Part shown: positions 10,405 to 25,400 of the stretch, one piece after another
Numbering within the stretch: position 1 is the first letter of the stretch
How the letters are laid out: each line of letters starts with the position of its first letter
From: Nemertoderma westbladi
Lineage: Eukaryota > Animalia > Xenacoelomorpha
Assembly: GCA_032718475.1 (NCBI GenBank)
Contig: JAUCBJ010009098.1
Location: 1 to 57,005, forward strand
DNA length: 57,005 nucleotides
Direction of reading: 5' to 3'
Notes under the pieces: model-generated
Told to the model about the DNA's origin: nothing
Databases searched by the model: none
The model's input: only the letters and a program-made list of their open reading frames with translations
Program-made: the position numbers and the translations under genes

Positions 10405-13400
10405 TAGGAACCAGCAGACTTCCAAAAGGACTTCCTTACCTTTAGGAACCAGCAGACTTCTAAAAGGACTTCCTTACCTTTAGGAACCCGTGGACTTCTA
10501 AAAGGACTTCCTTACCTTTAGGTACCCGTGGACTTCCAAAAGGACTTCCTTACCTTTAGGAACCCGTGGAGTTCCAAAAGGACTTCCTTACCTTTAGGAA
10601 CCCGTGGACTTCCAAAAGGACTTCCTTACCTTTAGGAACCCGCGGACTTCCAAAAGGACTTCCTTACCTTTAGGAACCCGCGGACTTCCAAAAGGACTTC
10701 CTTACCTTTAGGAACCCGTGGACTTCCAAAAGGACTTCCTTACCTTTAGGAACCCGCGGACTTCCAAAAGGACTTCCTTACCTTTAGGAACCCGCGGACT
10801 TCCAAAAGGACTTCCTTACCTTTAGGAACCCGTGGACTTCCAAAAAGACTTACTTACCTTTAGGAATCCGTGGACTTCTAAAAGGACTTCCTTATCTTTA
10901 GGAACCCGTGGAGTTCCAAAAGGACTTCCTTACCTTTAGGAACCCGCGGACTTCCAAAAGGACTTCCTTACCTTTAGGTACCCGTGGACTTCCAAAAGGA
11001 CTTCCTTACCTTTAGGAACCCGTGGAGTTCCAAAAGGACTTCCTTACCTTTAGGAACCCGCGGACTTCCAAAAGGACTTCCTTACCTTTAGGAACCCGTG
11101 GACTTCCAAAAAGACTTCCTTACCTTTAGGAACCCGCGGACTTCCAAAAGGACTTCCTTACCTTTAGGAACCCGTGGAGTTCCAAAAGGACTTCCTTACC
11201 TTTAGGAATCCGCGGACTTCCAAAAGGACTTCCTTACCTTTAGGAACCCGTGGACTTCCAAAAGGACTTCCTTACCTTTAGGAACCCGTGGAGTTCCAAA
11301 AGGACTTCCTTACCTTTAGGAACCCGTGGACTTCCAAAAGGACTTCCTTACCTTTAGGAACCCGCGGACTTCCAAAAGGACTTCCTTACCTTTAGGAACC
11401 CGTGGACTTCCAAAAAGACTTACTTACCTTTAGGAATCCGTGGACTTCTAAAAGGACTTCCTTATCTTTAGGAACCCGTGGAGTTCCAAAAGGACTTCCT
11501 TACCTTTAGGAACCCGCGGACTTCCAAAAGGACTTCCTTACCTTTAGGTACCCGTGGACTTCCAAAAGGACTTCCTTACCTTTAGGAACCCGTGGAGTTC
11601 CAAAAGGACTTCCTTACCTTTAGGAACCCGCGGACTTCCAAAAGGACTTCCTTACCTTTAGGAACCCGTGGACTTCCAAAAAGACTTACTTACCTTTAGG
11701 AATCCGTGGACTTCCAAAAGGACTTCCTTACCTTTAGGAACCCGCGGACTTCCAAAAGGACTTCCTTACCTTTAGGAACCCGTGGACTTCCAAAAGGACT
11801 TCCTTACCTTTAGGAATCCGTGGACTTCCAAAAGGACTTCCTTACCTTTAGGAACCCGCGGACTTCCAAAAGGACTTCCTTACCTTTAGGAACCCGCGGA
11901 CTTCCAAAAGGACTTCCTTACCTTTAGGAACCCGTGGACTTCCAAAAGGACTTCCTTACCTTTAGGAACCCGCGGAGTTCCAAAAGGACTTCCTTACCTT
12001 TAGGAACCCGCGGACTTCTAAAAGGACTTCCTTATCTTTAGGAACCCGTGGAGTTCCAAAAGGACTTCCTTACCTTTAGGAACCCGTGGACTTCCAAAAG
12101 GACTTCCTTACCTTTAGGAACCCGCGGACTTCCAAAAGGACTTCCTTACCTTTAGGAACCCGTGGAGTTCCAAAAGGACTTCCTTACCTTTAGGAACCCG
12201 CGGACTTCCAAAAGGACTTCCTTACCTTTAGGAACCCGTGGAGTTCCAAAAGGACTTCCTTACCTTTAGGAACCCGCGGACTTCCAAAAGGACTTCCTTA
12301 CCTTTAGGAACCCGTGGAGTTCCAAAAGGACTTCCTTACCTTTAGGAACCCGTGGACTTCCAAAAGGACTTCCTTACCTTTAGGAACCCGCGGACTTCCA
12401 AAAGGACTTCCTTACCTTTAGGAACCCGTGGACTTCCAAAAGGACTTCCTTACCTTTAGGAACCCGCGGACTTCCAAAAGGACTTCCTTACCTTTAGGTA
12501 CCCGTGGACTTCCAAAAGGACTTCCTTACCTTTAGGAACCCGTGGAGTTCCAAAAGGACTTCCTTACCTTTAGGAACCCGTGGACTTCCAAAAGGACTTC
12601 CTTACCTTTAGGAACCCGCTATCTTCCAAAAGGACTTCCTTACCTTTAGGAACCCGTGGAGTTCCAAAAGGACTTCCTTACCTTTAGGAACCCGTGGACT
12701 TCCAAAAGGACTTCCTTACCTTTAGGAACCCGTGGACTTCCAAAAGGACTTCCTTACCTTTAGGAACCCGTGGACTTCCAAAAGGACTTCCTTACCTTTA
12801 GGAACCCGTGGTCTTCCAAAAGGACTTCCTTACCTTTAGGAACCCGCGGACTTCCAAAAGGACTTCCTTACCTTTAGGAACCCGTGGTCTTCCAAAAGGA
12901 CTTCCTTACCTTTAGGAACCCGCGGACTTCCAAAAGGACTTCCTTACCTTTAGGAACCCGTGGACTTCCAAAAGGACTTCCTTACCTTTAGGAACCCGTG
13001 GACTTCCAAAAGGACTTCCTTACCTTTAGGTACCCGTGGAGTTCCAAAAGGACTTCCTTACCGTCAGGAACCCGTGGACTTCCAAAAGGACTTCCTTACC
13101 TTTAGGTACCCGTGGAGTTCCAAAAGGACTTCCTTACCGTCAGGAACCCGTGGACTTCCAAAAAGACTTCCTTACCTTTAGGAACCCGTGGACTTCCAAA
13201 AGGACTTCCTTACCTTTAGGAACCCGTGGACTTCCAAAAGGACTTCCTTACCTTTAGGAATCCGTGGACTTCCAAAAGGACTTCCTTACCTTTAGGAACC
13301 CGTGGACTTCCAAAAGGACTTCCTTACCTTTAGGAACCCGCGGTCTTCCAAAAGGACTTCCTTACCTTTAGGAATCCGTGGAGTTCCAAAAGGACTTCCT

Positions 13401-16400
13401 TACCTTTAGGAACCCGTGGACTTCCAAAAGGACTTCCTTACCTTTAGGAACCCGTGGACTTCCAAAAGGACTTCCTTACCTTTAGGAACCCGTGGAGTTC
13501 CAAAAGGACTTCCTTACCTTTAGGAATCCGTGGAGTTCCAAAAGGACTTCCTTACCTTTAGGAAACCGTGGACTTCCAAAAGGACTTCCTTACCTTTAGG
13601 AATCCGTGGAGTTCCAAAAGGACTTCCTTACCTTTAGGAAACCGTGGACTTCCAAAAGGACTTCCTTACCTTTAGGAACCCGCGGTCTTCCAAAAGGACT
13701 TCCTTACCTTTAGGAACCCGCGGTCTTCCAAAAGGACTTCCTTACCTTTAGGAATCCGTGGAGTTCCAAAAGGACTTCCTTACCTTTAGGAATCCGTGGA
13801 GTTCCAAAAGGACTTCCTTACCTTTAGGAAACCGTGGACTTCCAAAAGGACTTCCTTACCTTTAGGAATCCGTGGAGTTCCAAAAGGACTTCCTTACCTT
13901 TAGGAAACCGTGGACTTCCAAAAGGACTTCCTTACCTTTAGGAATCCGTGGAGTTCCAAAAGGACTTCCTTACCTTTAGGAAACCGTGGACTTCCAAAAG
14001 GACTTCCTTACCTTTAGGAATCCGTGGAGTTCCAAAAGGACTTCCTTACCTTTAGGAAACCGTGGACTTCCAAAAGGACTTCCTTACCTTTAGGAATCCG
14101 TGGAGTTCCAAAAGGACTTCCTTACCTTTAGGAAACCGTGGACTTCCAAAAGGACTTCCTTACCTTTAGGAATCCGTGGAGTTCCAAAAGGACTTCCTTA
14201 CCTTTAGGAAACCGTGGACTTCCAAAAGGACTTCCTTACCTTTAGGAATCCGTGGAGTTCCAAAAGGACTTCCTTACCTTTAGGAATCCGCGGTCTTCCA
14301 AAAGGACTTCCTTACCTTTAGGAATCCGTGGAGTTCCAAAAGGACTTCCTTACCTTTAGGAAACCGTGGACTTCCAAAAGGACTTCCTTACCTTTAGGAA
14401 TCCGTGGAGTTCCAAAAGGACTTCCTTACCTTTAGGAAACCGTGGACTTCCAAAAGGACTTCCTTACCTTTAGGAACCCGCGGTCTTCCAAAAGGACTTC
14501 CTTACCTTTAGGAACCCGCGGTCTTCCAAAAGGACTTCCTTACCTTTAGGAATCCGTGGAGTTCCAAAAGGACTTCCTTACCTTTAGGAACCCGTGGACT
14601 TCCAAAAGGACTTCCTTACCTTTAGGAACCCGTGGACTTCCAAAAGGACTTCCTTACCTTTAGGAACCCGCGGACTTCCAAAAGGACTTCCTTACCTTTA
14701 GGAACCCGCGGACTTCCAAAAGGACTTCCTTACCTTTAGGTACCCGCGGAGTTCCAAAAGGACTTCCTTACCTTTAGGAACCCGCGGACTTCCAAAAGGA
14801 CTTCCTTACCTTTAGGAACCCGTGGACTTCCAAAAGGACTTCCTTACCTTTAGGAATCCGTGGAGTTCCAAAAGGACTTCCTTACCTTTAGGAAACCGTG
14901 GACTTCCAAAAGGACTTCCTTACCTTTAGGAACCCGCGGTCTTCCAAAAGGACTTCCTTACCTTTAGGAACCCGCGGACTTCCAAAAGGACTTCCTTACC
15001 TTTAGGAACCCGCGGACTTCCAAAAGGACTTCCTTACCTTTAGGAACCCGCGGACTTCCAAAAGGACTTCCTTACCTTTAGGAACCCGCGGACTTCCAAA
15101 AGGACTTCCTTACCTTTAGGAACCCGCGGACTTCCAAAAGGACTTCCTTACCTTTAGGAACCCGCGGACTTCCAAAAGGACTTCCTTACCTTTAGGTACC
15201 CGCGGAGTTCCAAAAGGACTTCCTTACCTTTAGGAACCCGCGGACTTCCAAAAGGACTTCCTTACCTTTAGGAACCCGTGGACTTCCAAAAGGACTTCCT
15301 TACCTTTAGGAATCCGTGGAGTTCCAAAAGGACTTCCTTACCTTTAGGAAACCGTGGACTTCCAAAAGGACTTCCTTACTTTTAGGAACCCGCGGTCTTC
15401 CAAAAGGACTTCCTTACCTTTAGGAACCCGCGGTCTTCCAAAAGGACTTCCTTACCTTTAGGAATCCGTGGAGTTCCAAAAGGACTTCCTTACCTTTAGG
15501 AACCCGTGGACTTCCAAAAGGACTTCCTTACCTTTAGGAACCCGTGGACTTCCAAAAGGACTTCCTTACCTTTAGGAACCCGTGGAGTTCCAAAAGGACT
15601 TCCTTACCTTTAGGAATCCGTGGAGTTCCAAAAGGACTTCCTTACCTTTAGGAAACCGTGGACTTCCAAAAGGACTTCCTTACCTTTAGGAATCCGTGGA
15701 GTTCCAAAAGGACTTCCTTACCTTTAGGAAACCGTGGACTTCCAAAAGGACTTCCTTACCGTCAGGAACCCGTGGACTTCCAAAAGGACTTCCTTACCTT
15801 TAGGAACCCGTGGAGTTCCAAAAGGACTTCCTTACCTTTAGGAACCCGTGGACTTCCAAAAGGACTTCCTTACCTTTAGGAACCCGTGGAGTTCCAAAAG
15901 GACTTCCTTACCTTTAGGAACCCGTGGACTTCCAAAAGAACTTCCTTACCTTTAGGAACCCGTGGAGTTCCAAAAGGACTTCCTTACCTTTAGGAACCCG
16001 TGGACTTCCAAAAGGACTTCCTTACCTTTAGGAACCCGTGGACTTCCAAAAGGACTTCCTTACCTTTAGGAACCCGTGGAGTTCCAAAAGGACTTCCTTA
16101 CCTTTAGGAACCCGCGGACTTCCAAAAGGACTTCCTTACCTTTAGGAACCCGCGGACTTCCAAAAGGACTTCCTTACCTTTAGGAACCCGCGGACTTCCA
16201 AAAGGACTTCCTTACCTTTAGGAACCCGCGGACTTCCAAAAGGACTTCCTTACCTTTAGGAACCCGTGGACTTCCAAAAGGACTTCCTTACCTTTAGGAA
16301 CCCGTGGAGTTCCAAAAGGACTTCCTTACCTTTAGGAATCCGCGGACTTCCAAAAGGACTTCCTTACCTTTAGGAACCCGTGGACTTCCAAAAGGACTTC

Positions 16401-19400
16401 CTTACCTTTAGGAATCCGTGGAGTTCCAAAAGGACTTCCTTACCTTTAGGAACCCGTGGACTTCCAAAAGAACTTCCTTACCTTTAGGAACCCGTGGAGT
16501 TCCAAAAGGACTTCCTTACCTTTAGGAACCCGTGGACTTCCAAAAGGACTTCCTTACCTTTAGGAACCCGTGGACTTCCAAAAGGACTTCCTTACCTTTA
16601 GGAATCCGTGGAGTTCCAAAAGGACTTCCTTACCTTTAGGAACCCGTGGACTTCCAAAAAAACTTCCTTACCTTTAGGAACCCGTGGAGTTCCAAAAGGA
16701 CTTCCTTACCTTTAGGAACCCGTGGACTTCCAAAAGGACTTCCTTACCTTTAGGAACCCGTGGACTTCCAAAAGGACTTCCTTACCTTTAGGAACCCGTG
16801 GAGTTCCAAAAGGACTTCCTTACCTTTAGGAACCCGCGGACTTCCAAAAGGACTTCCTTACCTTTAGGAACCCGCGGACTTCCAAAAGGACTTCCTTACC
16901 TTTAGGAACCCGCGGACTTCCAAAAGGACTTCCTTACCTTTAGGAACCCGCGGACTTCCAAAAGGACTTCCTTACCTTTAGGAACCCGTGGACTTCCAAA
17001 AGGACTTCCTTACCTTTAGGAACCCGTGGAGTTCCAAAAGGACTTCCTTACCTTTAGGAATCCGCGGACTTCCAAAAGGACTTCCTTACCTTTAGGAACC
17101 CGTGGACTTCCAAAAGGACTTCCTTACCTTTAGGAATCCGTGGAGTTCCAAAAGGACTTCCTTACCTTTAGGAATCCGTGGAGTTCCAAAAGGACTTCCT
17201 TACCTTTAGGAACCCGCGGACTTCCAAAAGGACTTTCTTACCTTTAGGAATCCGCGATCTTCCAAAAGGACTTCCTTACCTTTAGGAACCCGCGGACTTC
17301 CAAAAGGACTTCCTTACCTTTAGGAATCCGCGATCTTCCAAAAGGACTTCCTTACCTTTAGGAACCCGCGGACTTCCAAAAGGACTTCCTTACCTTTAGG
17401 AATCCGTGGACTTCCAAAAGGACTTCCTTACCTTTAGGAACCCGCGGACTTCCAAAAGGACTTCCTTACCTTTAGGAATCCGCGGACTTCCAAAAGGACT
17501 TCCTTACCTTTAGGAACCCGTGGAGTTCCAAAAGGACTTCCTTACCTTTAGGAACCCGCGGACTTCCAAAAGGACTTCCTTACCTTTAGGAATCCGTGGA
17601 GTTCCAAAAGGACTTCCTTACCTTTAGGAACCCGCGGATTTCCAAAAGGACTTCCTTACCTTTAGGAACCCGTGGAGTTCCAAAAGGACTTCCTTACCTT
17701 TAGGAACCCGCGGTCTTCCAAAAGGACTTCCTTACCTTTAGGAACCCGTGGACTTCCAAAAGGACTTCCTTACCTTTAGGAACCCGCGGACTTCCAAAAG
17801 GACTTTCTTACCTTTAGGAACCCGCGGATTTCCAAAAGGACTTCCTTACCTTTAGGAACCCGTGGAGTTCCAAAAGGACTTCCTTACCTTTAGGAACCCG
17901 CGGTCTTCCAAAAGGACTTCCTTACCTTTAGGAACCCGCGGATTTCCAAAAGGACTTCCTTACCTTTAGGAACCCGTGGAGTTCCAAAAGGACTTCCTTA
18001 CCTTTAGGAACCCGCGGTCTTCCAAAAGGACTTCCTTACCTTTAGGAACCCGCGGATTTCCAAAAGGACTTCCTTACCTTTAGGAACCCGTGGAGTTCCA
18101 AAAGGACTTCCTTACCTTTAGGAACCCGCGGTCTTCCAAAAGGACTTCCTTACCTTTAGGAACCCGTGGACTTCCAAAAGGACTTCCTTACCTTTAGGAA
18201 TCCGTGGAGTTCCAAAAGGACTTCCTTACCTTTAGGAACCCGCGGACTTCCAAAAGGACTTTCTTACCTTTAGGAATCCGCGATCTTCCAAAAGGACTTC
18301 CTTACCTTTAGGAACCCGCGGACTTCCAAAAGGACTTCCTTACCTTTAGGAATCCGCGATCTTCCAAAAGGACTTCCTTACCTTTAGGAACCCGCGGACT
18401 TCCAAAAGGACTTCCTTACCTTTAGGAATCCGTGGACTTCCAAAAGGACTTCCTTACCTTTAGGAACCCGCGGACTTCCAAAAGGACTTCCTTACCTTTA
18501 GAAATCCGCGGACTTCCAAAAGGACTTCCTTACCTTTAGGAATCCGTGGACTTCCAAAAGGACTTACTTACCTTTAGGAACCCGTGGACTTCCAAAAGGA
18601 CTTCCTTACCTTTAGGAACCCGTGGACTTCCAAAAGGACTTCCTTACCTTTAGGAACCCGCGGACTTCCAAAAGGACATCCTTACCTTTAGGAACCCGTG
18701 GACTTCCAAAAGGACTTCCTTACATTTAGGAACCCGCGGTCTTCCAAAAGGACTTCCTTACCTTTAGGAACCCGCGGACTTCCAAAAGGACTTCCTTACC
18801 TTTAGGAATCCGCGGTCTTCTAAAAGGACTTCCTTACCTTTAGGAACCCGTGGACTTCCAAAAGGACTTCCTTACCTTTAGGAACCCGCGGACTTCCAAA
18901 AGGACTTCCTTACCTTTAGGAACCCGCGGACTTCCAAAAGGACTTCCTTACCTTTAGGAACCCGTGGACTTCCAAAAGGACTTCCTTACCTTTAGGTACC
19001 CGCGGTCTTCCAAAAGGACGTTTTTACCTTTAGGAACCCGCGGTCTTCCAAAAGGACTTTCTTACCTTTAGGAATCCGCGGTCTTCCAAAAGGACTTCCT
19101 TACCTTTAGGAACCCGTGGACTTCCAAAAGGACTTCCTTACCTTTAGGAACCCGCGGACTTCCAAAAGGACTTTCTTACCTTTAGGAATCCGTGGACTTC
19201 CAAAAGGACTTCCTTACCTTTAGGAACCCGTGGACTTCCAAAAGGACTTCCTTACCTTTAGGAACCCGTGGACTTCCAAAAGGACTTCCTTACCTTTAGG
19301 AACCCGTGGACTTCCAAAAGGACTTCCTTACCTTTAGGTACCCGTGGACTTCCAAAAGGACTTCCTTACCTTTAGGAACCCGCGGACTTCCAAAAGGACT

Positions 19401-22400
19401 TCCTTACCTTTAGGAACCCGTGGACTTCCAAAAGGACTTCCTTACCTTTAGGTACCCGTGGACTTCCAAAAGGACTTCCTTACCTTTAGGTACCCGTGGA
19501 CTTCCAAAAGGACTTCCTTACCTTTAGGAATCCGTGGAGTTCCAAAAGGACTTCCTTACCTTTAGGAAACCGTGGACTTCCAAAAGGACTTCCTTACCTT
19601 TAGGAACCCGTGGAGTTCCAAAAGGACTTCCTTACCTTTAGGAATCCGCGGACTTCCAAAAGGACTTCCTTACCTTTAGGAACCCGTGGACTTCCAAAAG
19701 GACTTCCTTACCTTTAGGAATCCGTGGAGTTCCAAAAGGACTTCCTTACCTTTAGGAATCCGTGGAGTTCCAAAAGGAATTCCTTACCTTTAGGAACCCG
19801 TGGACTTCCAAAAGGACTTCCTTACCTTTAGGAACCCGTGGACTTCCAAAAGGACTTCCTTACCTTTAGGTACCCGTGGACTTCCAAAAGGACTTCCTTA
19901 CCTTTAGGAAACCGTGGACTTCCAAAAGGACTTCCTTACCTTTAGGAACCCGTGGAGTTCCAAAAGGACTTCCTTACCTTTAGGAATCCGCGGACTTCCA
20001 AAAGGACTTCCTTACCTTTAGGAACCCGTGGACTTCCAAAAGGACTTCCTTACCTTTAGGAATCCGTGGAGTTCCAAAAGGACTTCCTTACCTTTAGGAA
20101 TCCGTGGAGTTCCAAAAGGACTTCCTTACCTTTAGGAACCCGTGGAGTTCCAAAAGGACTTCCTTACCTTTAGGAACCCGTGGACTTCCAAAAGGACTTC
20201 CTTACCTTTAGGTACCCGTGGACTTCCAAAAGGACTTCCTTACCTTTAGGAACCCGTGGAGTTCCAAAAGGACTTCCTTACCTTTAGGAAACCGTGGACT
20301 TCCAAAAGGACTTCCTTACCTTTAGGAACCCGTGGAGTTCCAAAAGGACTTCCTTACCTTTAGGAATCCGCGGACTTCCAAAAGGACTTCCTTACCTTTA
20401 GGAACCCGTGGACTTCCAAAAGGACTTCCTTACCTTTAGGAACCCGCGGACTTCCAAAAGGACTTCCTTACCTTTAGGAATCCGCGGACTTCCAAAAGGA
20501 CTTCCTTACCTTTAGGAACCCGTGGAGTTCCAAAAGGACTTCCTTACCTTTAGGAATCCGCGATCTTCCAAAAGGACTTCCTTACCTTTAGGAACCCGCG
20601 GACTTCCAAAAGGACTTCCTTACCTTTAGGAATCCGCGATCTTCCAAAAGGACTTCCTTACCTTTAGGAACCCGCGGACTTCCAAAAGGACTTCCTTACC
20701 TTTAGGAATCCGTGGACTTCCAAAAGGACTTCCTTACCTTTAGGAACCCGTGGACTTCCAAAAGGACTTCCTTACCTTTAGGAACCCGTGGACTTCCAAA
20801 AAAACTTCCTTACCTTTAGGAACCCGCGGACTTCCAAAAGGACTTCCTTACCTTTAGGAACCCGCGGAGTTCCAAAAGGACTTCCTTACCTTTAGGAATC
20901 CGCGGACTTCCAAAAGGACTTCCTTACCTTTAGGAACCCGTGGAGTTCCAAAAGGACTTCCTTACCTTTAGGAATCCGCGATCTTCCAAAAGGACTTCCT
21001 TACCTTTAGGAACCCGCGGACTTCCAAAAGGACTTCCTTACCTTTAGGAATCCGCGATCTTCCAAAAGGACTTCCTTACCTTTAGGAACCCGCGGACTTC
21101 CAAAAGGACTTCCTTACCTTTAGGAATCCGTGGACTTCCAAAAGGACTTCCTTACCTTTAGGAAACCGTGGACTTCCAAAAGGACTTCCTTACCTTTAGG
21201 AATCCGTGGACTTCCAAAAGGACTTCCTTACCTTTAGGAACCCGTGGACTTCCAAAAAAACTTCCTTACCTTTAGGAACCCGCGGACTTCCAAAAGGACT
21301 TCCTTACCTTTAGGAACCCGTGGAGTTCCAAAAGGACTTCCTTACCTTTAGGAACCCGCGGTCTTCCAAAAGGACTTCCTTACCTTTAGGAACCCGCGGA
21401 CTTCCAAAAGGACTTCCTTACCTTTAGGAACCCGCGGACTTCCAAAAGGACTTCCTTACCTTTAGGAATCCGTGGACTTCCAAAAGGACTTCCTTACCTT
21501 TAGGAACCCGTGGACTTCCAAAAGGACTTCCTTACCTTTAGGAAACCGTGGACTTCCAAAAGGACTTCCTTACCTTTAGGAACCCGTGGACTTCCAAAAA
21601 GACTTCCTTACCTTTAGGAACCCGTGGACTTCCAAAAGGACTTCCTTACCGTCAGGAACCCGCGGACTTCCAAAAGGACTTCCTTGCCTTTAGGTACCCG
21701 TGGACTTCCAAAAGGACTTCCTTACCTTTAGGAACCCGCGATCTTCCAAAAGGACGTTTTTACCTTTAGGAACCCGCGGTCTTCCAAAAGGACTTCCTTA
21801 CCTTTAGGAACCCGTGGACTTCCAAAAGGACTTCCTTACCTTTAGGAACCCGCGGACTTCCAAAAGGACTTCCTTACCTTTAGGAATCCGTGGACTTCCA
21901 AAAGGACTTCCTTACCTTTAGGAACCCGTGGACTTCCAAAAGGACTTCCTTACCTTTAGGAAACCGTGGACTTCCAAAAGGACTTCCTTACCTTTAGGAA
22001 CCCGTGGACTTCCAAAAAGACTTCCTTACCTTTAGGAACCCGTGGACTTCCAAAAGGACTTCCTTACCGTCAGGAACCCGCGGACTTCCAAAAGGACTTC
22101 CTTGCCTTTAGGTACCCGTGGACTTCCAAAAGGACTTCCTTACCTTTAGGAACCCGCGATCTTCCAAAAGGACGTTTTTACCTTTAGGAACCCGCGGTCT
22201 TCCAAAAGGACTTTCTTACCTTTAGGAATCCGTGGACTTCCAAAAGGACTTCCTTACCTTTAGGAACCCGTGGACTTCCAAAAAGACTTCCTTACCTTTA
22301 GGAACCCGTGGACTTCCAAAAGGACTTCCTTACCTTTAGGAATCCGTGGACTTCCAAAAGGACTTCCTTACCTTTAGGTACCCGTGGACTTCCAAAAGGA

Positions 22401-25400
22401 CTTCCTTACCTTTAGGAACCCGCGGAGTTCCAAAAGGACTTCCTTACCTTTAGGAATCCGCGATCTTCCAAAAGGACTTCCTTACCTTTAGGAACCCGCG
22501 GACTTCCAAAAGGACTTCCTTACCTTTAGGAATCCGTGGACTTCCAAAAGGACTTCCTTACCTTTAGGAAACCGTGGACTTCCAAAAGGACTTCCTTACC
22601 TTTAGGAACCCGTGGACTTCCAAAAAAACTTCCTTACCTTTAGGAACCCGCGGACTTCCAAAAGGACTTCCTTACCTTTAGGAACCCGCGGAGTTCCAAA
22701 AGGACTTCCTTACCTTTAGGAATCCGCGATCTTCCAAAAGGACTTCCTTACCTTTAGGAACCCGCGGTCTTCCAAAAGGACTTCCTTACCTTTAGGAATC
22801 CGCGGACTTCCAAAAAGACTTCCTTACCTTTAGGAACCCGCGATCTTCCAAAAGGACTTTCTTACCTTTAGGAATCCGCGATCTTCCAAAAGGACTTCCT
22901 TACCTTTAGGAACCCGTGGACTTCCAAAAAGACTTCCTTACCTTTAGGAACCCGCGATCTTCCAAAAGGACTTTCTTACCTTTAGGAATCCGCGATCTTC
23001 CAAAAGGACTTCCTTACCTTTAGGAACCCGCGGTCTTCCAAAAGGACTTTCTTACCTTTAGGAATCCGTGGACTTCCAAAAGGACTTCCTTACCTTTAGG
23101 AACCCGTGGACTTCCAAAAAGACTTCCTTACCTTTAGGAGCCCGTGGACTTCCAAAAGGACTTCCTTACCGTCAGGAACCCGCGGACTTCCAAAAGGACT
23201 TCCTTGCCTTTAGGTACCCGTGGACTTCCAAAAGGACTTCCTTACCTTTAGGAACCCGCGATCTTCCAAAAGGACGTTTTTACCTTTAGGAACCCGCGGT
23301 CTTCCAAAAGGACTTTCTTACCTTTAGGAATCCGTGGACTTCCAAAAGGACTTCCTTACCTTTAGGAACCCGCGGACTTCCAAAAGGACTTCCTTACCTT
23401 TAGGAACCCGTGGACTTCCAAAAGGACTTCCTTACCTTTAGGAACCCGCGGTCTTCCAAAAGGACTTCCTTACCTTTAGGAACCCGCGGACTTCCAAAAG
23501 GACTTCCTTACCTTTAGGTACCCGTGGACTTCCAAAAGGACTTCCTTACCTTTAGGAACCCGCGGTCTTCCAAAAGGACTTATTTACCTTTAGGAATCCG
23601 CGGACTTCCAAAAGGACTTCCTTACCTTTAGGTACCCGTGGACTTCCAAAAGGACTTCCTTACCTTTAGGAACCCGTGGACTTCCAAAAGGACTTCCTTA
23701 CCTTTAGGAACCCGTGGACTTCCAAAAGGACTTCCTTACCGTCAGGAACCCGCGGACTTCCAAAAGGACTTCCTTACCGTCAGGAACCCGCGGACTTCCA
23801 AAAGGACTTCCTTACCTTTAGGTACCCGTGGACTTCCAAAAGGACTTCCTTACCTTTAGGAACCCGCGGTCTTCCAAAAGGACTTATTTACCTTTAGGAA
23901 TCCGCGGACTTCCAAAAGGACTTCCTTACCTTTAGGTACCCGTGGACTTCCAAAAGGACTTCCTTACCTTTAGGTACCCGTGGACTTCCAAAAGGACTTC
24001 CTTACCTTTAGGAACCCGCGGTCTTCCAAAAGGACTTATTTACCTTTAGGAATCCGCGGACTTCCAAAAGGACTTCCTTACCTTTAGGTACCCGTGGACT
24101 TCCAAAAGGACTTCCTTACCTTTAGGTACCCGTGGACTTCCAAAAGGACTTCCTTACCTTTAGGAACCCGCGGTCTTCCAAAAGGACTTATTTACCTTTA
24201 GGAATCCGCGGACTTCCAAAAGGACTTCCTTACCTTTAGGTACCCGTGGACTTCCAAAAGGACTTCCTTACCTTTAGGTACCCGCGGACTTCCAAAAGGA
24301 CTTCCTTACCTTTAGGAACCCGCGGTCTTCCAAAAGGACTTATTTACCTTTAGGAATCCGCGGACTTCCAAAAGGACTTCCTTACCTTTAGGTACCCGTG
24401 GACTTCCAAAATGACTTCCTTACCTTTAGGAACCCGCGGTCTTCCAAAAGGACTTATTTACCTTTAGGAATCCGCGGACTTCCAAAAGGACTTCCTTACC
24501 TTTAGGTACCCGTGGACTTCCAAAAGGACTTCCTTACCTTTAGGAACCCGTGGACTTCCAAAAGGACTTCCTTACCTTTAGGAACCCGTGGACTTCCAAA
24601 AGGACTTCCTTACCGTCAGGAACCCGCGGACTTCCAAAAGGACTTCCTTACCGTCAGGAACCCGCGGACTTCCAAAAGGACTTCCTTACCTTTAGGAACC
24701 CGTGGACTTCCAAAAGGACTTCCTTACCTTTAGGAACCCGCGGTCTTCCAAAAGGACTTATTTACCTTTAGGAATCCGCGGACTTCCAAAAGGACTTCCT
24801 TACCTTTAGGTACCCGTGGACTTCCAAAAGGACTTCCTTACCTTTAGGAACCCGTGGAGTTCCAAAAGGACTTCCTTACCTTTAGGAACCCGTGGACTTC
24901 CAAAAGGACTTCCTTACCTTTAGGAACCCGTGGACTTCCAAAAGGACTTCCTTACCGTCAGGAACCCGCGGACTTCCAAAAGGACTTCCTTACCGTCAGG
25001 AACCCGCGGACTTCCAAAAGGACTTCCTTACCGTCAGGAACCCGCGGACTTCCAAAAGGACTTCCTTACCTTTAGGAACCCGTGGACTTCCAAAAGGACT
25101 TCCTTACCTTTAGGAACCCGTGGACTTCCAAAAGGACTTCCTTACCGTCAGGAACCCGCGGACTTCCAAAAGGACTTCCTTACCGTCAGGAACCCGCGGA
25201 CTTCCAAAAGGACTTCCTTACCTTTAGGAACCCGTGGAGTTCCAAAAGGACTTCCTTACCTTTAGGAACCCGTGGACTTCCAAAAGGACTTCCTTACCTT
25301 TAGGAACCCGTGGACTTCCAAAAGGACTTCCTTACCTTTAGGAACCCGTGGACTTCCAAAAGGACTTCCTTACAGTCAGGAACCCGTGGACTTCCAAAAG